NCBI RefSeq assembly: GCF_037042905.1
Contig: NC_087252.1
Coordinates: forward strand, 4,156,001-4,220,000
Direction: 5' to 3'
DNA from: Lytechinus pictus
Taxonomy: Eukaryota
Length of the DNA: 64,000 bases
The notes under the pieces were generated by a model. It was not told where the DNA came from. It was given only the letters and a program-made list of their open reading frames with translations, and did no database searches. Below, one piece after another: positions 58,137 through 64,000 of the stretch. The translations under genes were made by a program, and so were the position numbers. Each line of letters starts with the position of its first letter. The first letter of the stretch is position 1.

Positions 58137-60405
58137 CGACCGCACAGAAGCGTTGTTAGCATAACAGAACGCTAACATTAGGGCCAGTCACACCAAGGAG
58201 ATATCACTCTAGAGTGATATCTCCTTGGTCACACCTTTCACGGGTGACCACCGCCTTGACGCATTGTTTTCACTAACAGAGCACTAAAAGTAGGCCTACC
58301 GGTATCGATAAACTCACAGAAGCTTAGCCGAATTCCTAATAATCTAAGAATAAAAGGCTTAGCAGAAGCTAACAGTGGCTCTAATGTTAATACAAATCAC
58401 TAACAATGCCAAGGGCACCAATAGTGACGATGTTAGTGAATAATTTCTCTCTTTAAAACTTGTCTCCCTTTCTTATACTAAGTAATTTAAAATATACCTC
58501 GACCGAATTAAAGGGGTATTCTGGGCCCAACAATATATTAATAAATTGAGTATAATTAGATTAGCAAATTGCTGAAAGTTTCATCAAAATCTGATAAAAA
58601 TAACAAAATTCTTGAATATTAAAAATTAAACACTGTATTTTGCAACTGATATTTTATTTTATTTTTATTTTATTTATTTCATTTCCAGGCAAGAAAACAT
58701 GACAGCAATAGAAACATTACAAAAGAAATGTAAAATTTAGCACCAGCCAATGCCTGGGGATCACCTAAAAGAATTGAAAATTCTGTCGAGAGGTTCTCCA
58801 CATTGGCTGGTGTCTACATGGAATAACACAAAATAGCAATAAATTCAAACATGTAATTACAATACTTCTATATAAATTAACATTCATCGTAATATGAATG
58901 AAAAAAAAAAAAAAAACCAAGGTTTTCAAATTCATACTTTAAGAAAAAAAATGTAGATTGGGTCAAATCAGAAATTAGTCATTTATCAAATTAGAGACAG
59001 AGATGGTAGGTCAACTTATTGAATTTCGAGAGTCTGAGATGAATTGTTGTATTATGACATTTGTCACGGTTATGTGCGGGTTTAACAAAAAAAAGCAAAG
59101 TAAACGACTTCTTAGATATCAACTGAATTTAAGCTACCATATCAAGAAAAGTAAATAAATTTATGTGTAACAGAAAAAAATAAACAATATGAAGAATGGG
59201 AATGTATGGCAAAGCATTAGAAAATCAAATAATCAAATATTATATATATTATTGAGCAGCATGTGGCCATGAATATGCAATAAATGGAACGATAATGCCA
59301 TATCCTCTAGCTCTTTCCCCTTTTTCAGATTTTATTTAAATGAACTCGAAATTGTCTCAAATGTATGTATGTCGCCCGAGTAACAAAATGATGATCTTTG
59401 AAGCAATATTCTGTGCGGACAAAATTTAAATAAACCTAATTTTGCATCTAATACAACAGACCCTCATTGCATATTCCTGAAGACATGAATATAAATTTCA
59501 CCGAAATAGGGCCTAATGCAAAATTTTAAGATACCATATTTTTTTGTATTCATTTCCAATTTTTATTTATTTGTCAGTGTTTTGTTTGTCTCACTTTACT
59601 GTTCAAACCGTATTATTTTCTTTAGCCTGGAGTACCCCTTTAGGAATAGGTATATAGCGGGGGATGTTGATTAGTGCCAGGATATATGATCCTTTTCAAA
59701 GATTTTTTCTTCCAAGATCATTTATTTAGGTGTTTGAAGACTTTTTTATGAATAGACCCTACATTAGAAAGAAGAACAATAGCTGATAAAATTTATCGCA
59801 ATATAACCATCATTGGCAAATACTTTATCATGAGCATGATGAGTGAAGTCTGTGAAGAGCATTTTCAAACAAAAGGAACTGATGAAAAGTGGGATTGCAT
59901 TTCTTGTACAGAATCTCCATCGTGATATCATGAAAGGCAATTAAAAAAAATCTTTTTAAGCTTATTCGATATTTATTAAATCAAATTAGTAAATATATAT
60001 TTACTACCTGCTGCCATTTCATGTTTAAAATGTAATATTAATTCAAGTTTGTAGGCCTATATGATAATGAATTACATTCCTTTACCCTTTCCTATATAGA
60101 CAAGATTCTAAACTTGTAGGATGTGCAAATAATCATCACTAAATCTAAGTTAAATCTAGATCACTACCATGCCTAACTCTAATCCCCTAACAACAGCTTT
60201 CTCTGCCTTCTGTGCGGTAATTCAACCCATGTTGTTAGGAGCTGATTTGTTAATGGATAATACTATACAGATTGTGATGTTAAGCGTTGATATCAGATGT
60301 AAATAATGCATTATAGCCATCGCGGCGAGATTACCGGTTGTAACAGTGCCATTTGTTAGCGCAGTGTTAGTGAAATGTTACGCTAACAGCGTTTCTGTGC
60401 GGCCG
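58137..60405. mobile_element. TIR element hosting nested insertions
   Basis: Left CGACCGCACAGAAGCGTTGTTAGCATAACA versus right (reverse complement) CGGCCGCACAGAAACGCTGTTAGCGTAACA; no clear TSD. Confidence 0.65.
58512..59639. mobile_element. degenerate Kolobok/T2-type MITE with an internal insertion
   Basis: ttaa-AGGGGTATTC...GGAGTACCCCT-ttag; ends resemble 26229-26860. Confidence 0.65.
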
Positions 60406-62314
60406 ATACTGATTTACAGCGTATGCTTAAACAAATGCAACACCCCAATAATTTTTTTAAAAATATCATTATTATTATTATTTTCATCTGTCTATTATTA
60501 TTTTTTTAAGGGGGGGGGGTAAGAACCCCAGATCCCCCGCTTCCCAGAGCAATGTATCTCTTTCTCCTAAGTTTTGTCAATATTGAAGATCAATATAAAA
60601 AGTTGCATGTTCCTTGCACTGCAAAAACGCCATTGTTAATTTAACACAAGCCTGCAAGGTTTCGGTCCACACCAGAGAGGTGCTGAAACAACACCGGTTT
60701 GGCAGGGGGGTGTCCCCCTCCCACGGTAAGGAGCTTTTGCAATTTTGAACTTGAAATCGTGCAATCTGATGCATACTTAATGAGGTAAAATAAATAAATC
60801 AGGACGGAGCATCGGGCACTTGGTTGGATCTTTGCAGAGGCAAGGGTGGTTGCCGTGGAACTTGACATCAGCAATGAGCAGTTACCAACAGAAAGACCTT
60901 CGATCAGGTAGATCTTGGAAGCAGAGCATCAGTCAGTCGACCGGCCCGATTGGTCAACGGTGGCTTCAAAGTCTAGTGTGGAGAAGTCCTATTGGAGGAT
61001 GCACAGCTAGAGAGGAAGCAAGACATATTACTCTACAGGAAGTAGGAGTGTGACCAAGGTTGGAATGTAACCTGGCATGTGATGTTGTTCTTCAGATAGA
61101 TAGTTCGAAGGAATTGCGTTGGATGCACATCCGCTGATTGTTACGACAGGGTAACGCCTTGGCCTCCAAAGAAGTCTTTATAGAGAGAGATCGAGATGAT
61201 GAAAAGTAGTTCTAGACATGCGCCTTGAAGAAACCCCCAAGAAGAAATCCTCTAGCACTTCAATCCGCAGAATAGATATTGGACAGAACTTTCGCTATAA
61301 CTTTGTGCCAGAAACAGTAAAAGACTCTGATGCATTTGATTTTTGTATTCAAAATGTTGTTTTATGCCTTGATGTATGCTTTATTTTTTGTTGCTTCCAT
61401 GGTTTCCCTTTCCTATTTTCTAACCTTTCTTATGTAATTCTCATCTTGACATTTTCCTGATCTCAATGCTACTCTCTTTGCTCTTTCTATCTATTTCTGT
61501 ATATAGATTGTTTTGGTTGTTAATGTAAGAACGGTACTCCCTTTATGTACTATGCCAATGTATATACCTGTATACTTTTAACGATGTTTTAATGTTTTAT
61601 TTTCTTCTTTGGAAGAGCGAGATAACATTTGAAGAAATTCATTTTTATGTTTTGTTGTTAATACCTGGTCCGAGGACAGCCCAGACTTGGGGAGGGGCTG
61701 TGTAGCATAATGAGTTATACCTTTAACATGTATTTCATAGTTTAATCGTAGAGGGCGATATTTTAGTTGTGATATGCTTTGAGATTATTGGAGAAGTACG
61801 TCAGTTCGCTGGGAGCTGCGGTGGCGTGCGGTTTTAAGATGTAAGCTCCGAATAAATCAAGTTGAACTGTATACTGAATATCTCCCAAGTTGCTTCATTT
61901 GCATGATTTAGGGTGAGTGAGCGGGTGATTCGGTGTATTTCAGAGGAGCGAGAGAGTGTACCACGTTGCACAATATACTTTTGTGAGCGAACCTGCCCAA
62001 AAAGAGATATAAACGTGAGGAGAAGCGTGGACCGGGTTCTGGAGACTGCGAGACGGCAGAACGCTACCCCGACAGAGCTCGGTTACGCCACAATACTATG
62101 CTTTTTTTTACCTCAAAGAAACAGGCATAGTATCCATAGATGGATATTGGCTGGCGGCTCATTAACATACAGATACAAAAAACATAAACAGTATCACTAT
62201 GATCCATGGAGTAACAATACTGCTCTGTAAGTTTGTGAAGAAATCGGAACCATAACGGCATTGCATCGTTTCAAATTAGGGCATTATTTACTTCTATTTG
62301 ATCTCAGTCTTATA

Positions 62315-62363
<49 letters not shown>

Positions 62364-64000
62364 AAATAAAATATAATACTAATACAAATAATAATGCTAA
62401 TACTAATAGGTTCCTTTTATCTCGCATTTCAAGACAGGGTAAATTCACACTGCGCTTTACATGAAACAAAATAAATAAATAGTTAACAATACAGAAAAGA
62501 TGTAGCTGCTGCAAGCTTAACAACAAACTAATGTATACCAGTCAGTCCTGATATCAGTATTAGTGTAACAATAGTCATATAGTGGGAGCATGAAGTTGAA
62601 CAATTCATGATTATACATAATTATATATGTTTGTTTGAATAATACTTGTTATAAAGATAGTAGTATGGTACTCTCTGTCACGAATTATTATGTATACTGT
62701 TGTATCACATTCATTTTCTATTCTGTTTTAGATTGCGCTGATGCATTTTGCACACAATGTATAATGCCTATAACACGAGTGGGCCAGACCACACATGTAT
62801 TTCAATAAAAAACGACTTGAGAAAATAACGTGTATATAAATATATAAATAGATAAATAAATAAATGCATATAATGTATATATATATGTATAAATATCATA
62901 TACCTGTAATATAATCTGATATAAACTAATAAATAAATAAATAAATATAATACATATCATATATGAGAAGGTATTGCTAGTACTCGGTTCGTGCCTGAAA
63001 AGTAGTCTCGATGAAAAGAAAAAAGTTGTTGCTTCATTCCCATACCAAAAACAGCTTGATTAACAGTTGCTAATCAGATAATAGAGACATGCGGTAAGTT
63101 GGTAAACTTACTTAAGGAGCATTCATGGCTCAACAAACAAACATATCGGTCTCTTAGTCAGTTTTACTTTTGTAGTCTTGCAAATTTGTGTCTTAGAAAC
63201 CAAATATCTTGCGCCTCTTTTCGTTCCTGCCCAGTAAATACTTGTAAGATTTTCTTTTTTTTACCGTCTGAATTGGCTTTCACCGTGTGAATGCGGCTAA
63301 TAACAATAAACACAATTACAATAATGATGAGGATTATTATTATCATCATCATAATTATTATTATTATTAATATTATAATTGTTATCATTATTATTATTAC
63401 TATTATTATCATCATTATGACTTATTAAGTAACCAAATATCATTCCCCAAAACCTGGGGGGGGGGGGGGATGATTGTACATGCCATCCCCCTCACCCCCC
63501 CCCCCCCCCGTTGTCTACGCCCCTGAAGTGGACCGATATAGATCCCAGGCTGGACAGGTGTTAACTTAACACCGGCGTTTTTGCAGTGTGTGTGAGTTTC
63601 ACATCTCCTGCAGGTCGAGGGAAAAATGTGAAGTTTACATGCTAAAATACTTGTTGGCTAACAGCCCAAAGTCCAATTGGAACGGTCAATGTTTAGCGGC
63701 GAACCATTGGAAAATGCGCTCATGGGGGCGGGGGTGCAATAATCTTTCAATGTCTGGGCCTAGACTTTGAACGGATTACAAGTAATTTAATATTCAAGAT
63801 CTGAGTTAAGAACGTTTAAAGAGTAGAAGTAAATCCATATATATACCGGTGCACAATATCGGGAAAAGGTTGCAAACACAAGGCCTTCACTCTAGAAAAA
63901 AAAAACTTCGAGGGTTTTTCCCGCATTGACAAGAATATTCCAAATTGCCCTTTTTAAGGAGTGTTTAATAAAATTAGGTCTTCTATTTCGTATCATTAAC

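Noticed and set aside
60780..61910. possible LTR-retrotransposon remnant
   Set aside because: The composition is suggestive, but no recognisable domain, paired LTRs or primer-binding site was found.

Overview
This is AT-rich, intron-rich animal genomic DNA. It is most likely an echinoderm (sea-urchin-like), inferred from gene structure and repeat content and not verified. Three spliced genes were assembled by hand from GT-AG boundaries with consistent reading phase. (1) The 3' part of a type I membrane receptor on the + strand (14 exons, 354-16888), with at least 4 Ig domains, 3 FN3 domains, a TM helix and a long cytoplasmic tail. (2) Glycerol kinase on the + strand (16 exons, 21797-43665, about 555 aa), with candidate alternative C-termini. 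(3) CFAP68/C11orf1 on the - strand (3 exons, 52204-50818, 152 aa). A near-complete but disabled CR1-group LINE lies at about 53770-57990. Introns and intergenic DNA are full of MITEs (Kolobok/TTAA, Harbinger-like, TA-flanked Tc1/mariner-pogo-like, 8-bp-TSD types), tRNA-SINEs and microsatellites. The most unusual observations are a 945-nt AG-free zone with a TGACC minisatellite before a receptor exon, a SINE with a 7SL/Alu-like head, and degenerate tandem echoes of exon ends plus splice sites at three exons. Also notable are a 34-bp perfect palindrome with a 7-bp target-site duplication, a MITE carrying a tRNA-like cloverleaf, and abundant TA-NNNN-TA putative excision footprints. Family assignments come from recalled motifs; no database search was run.
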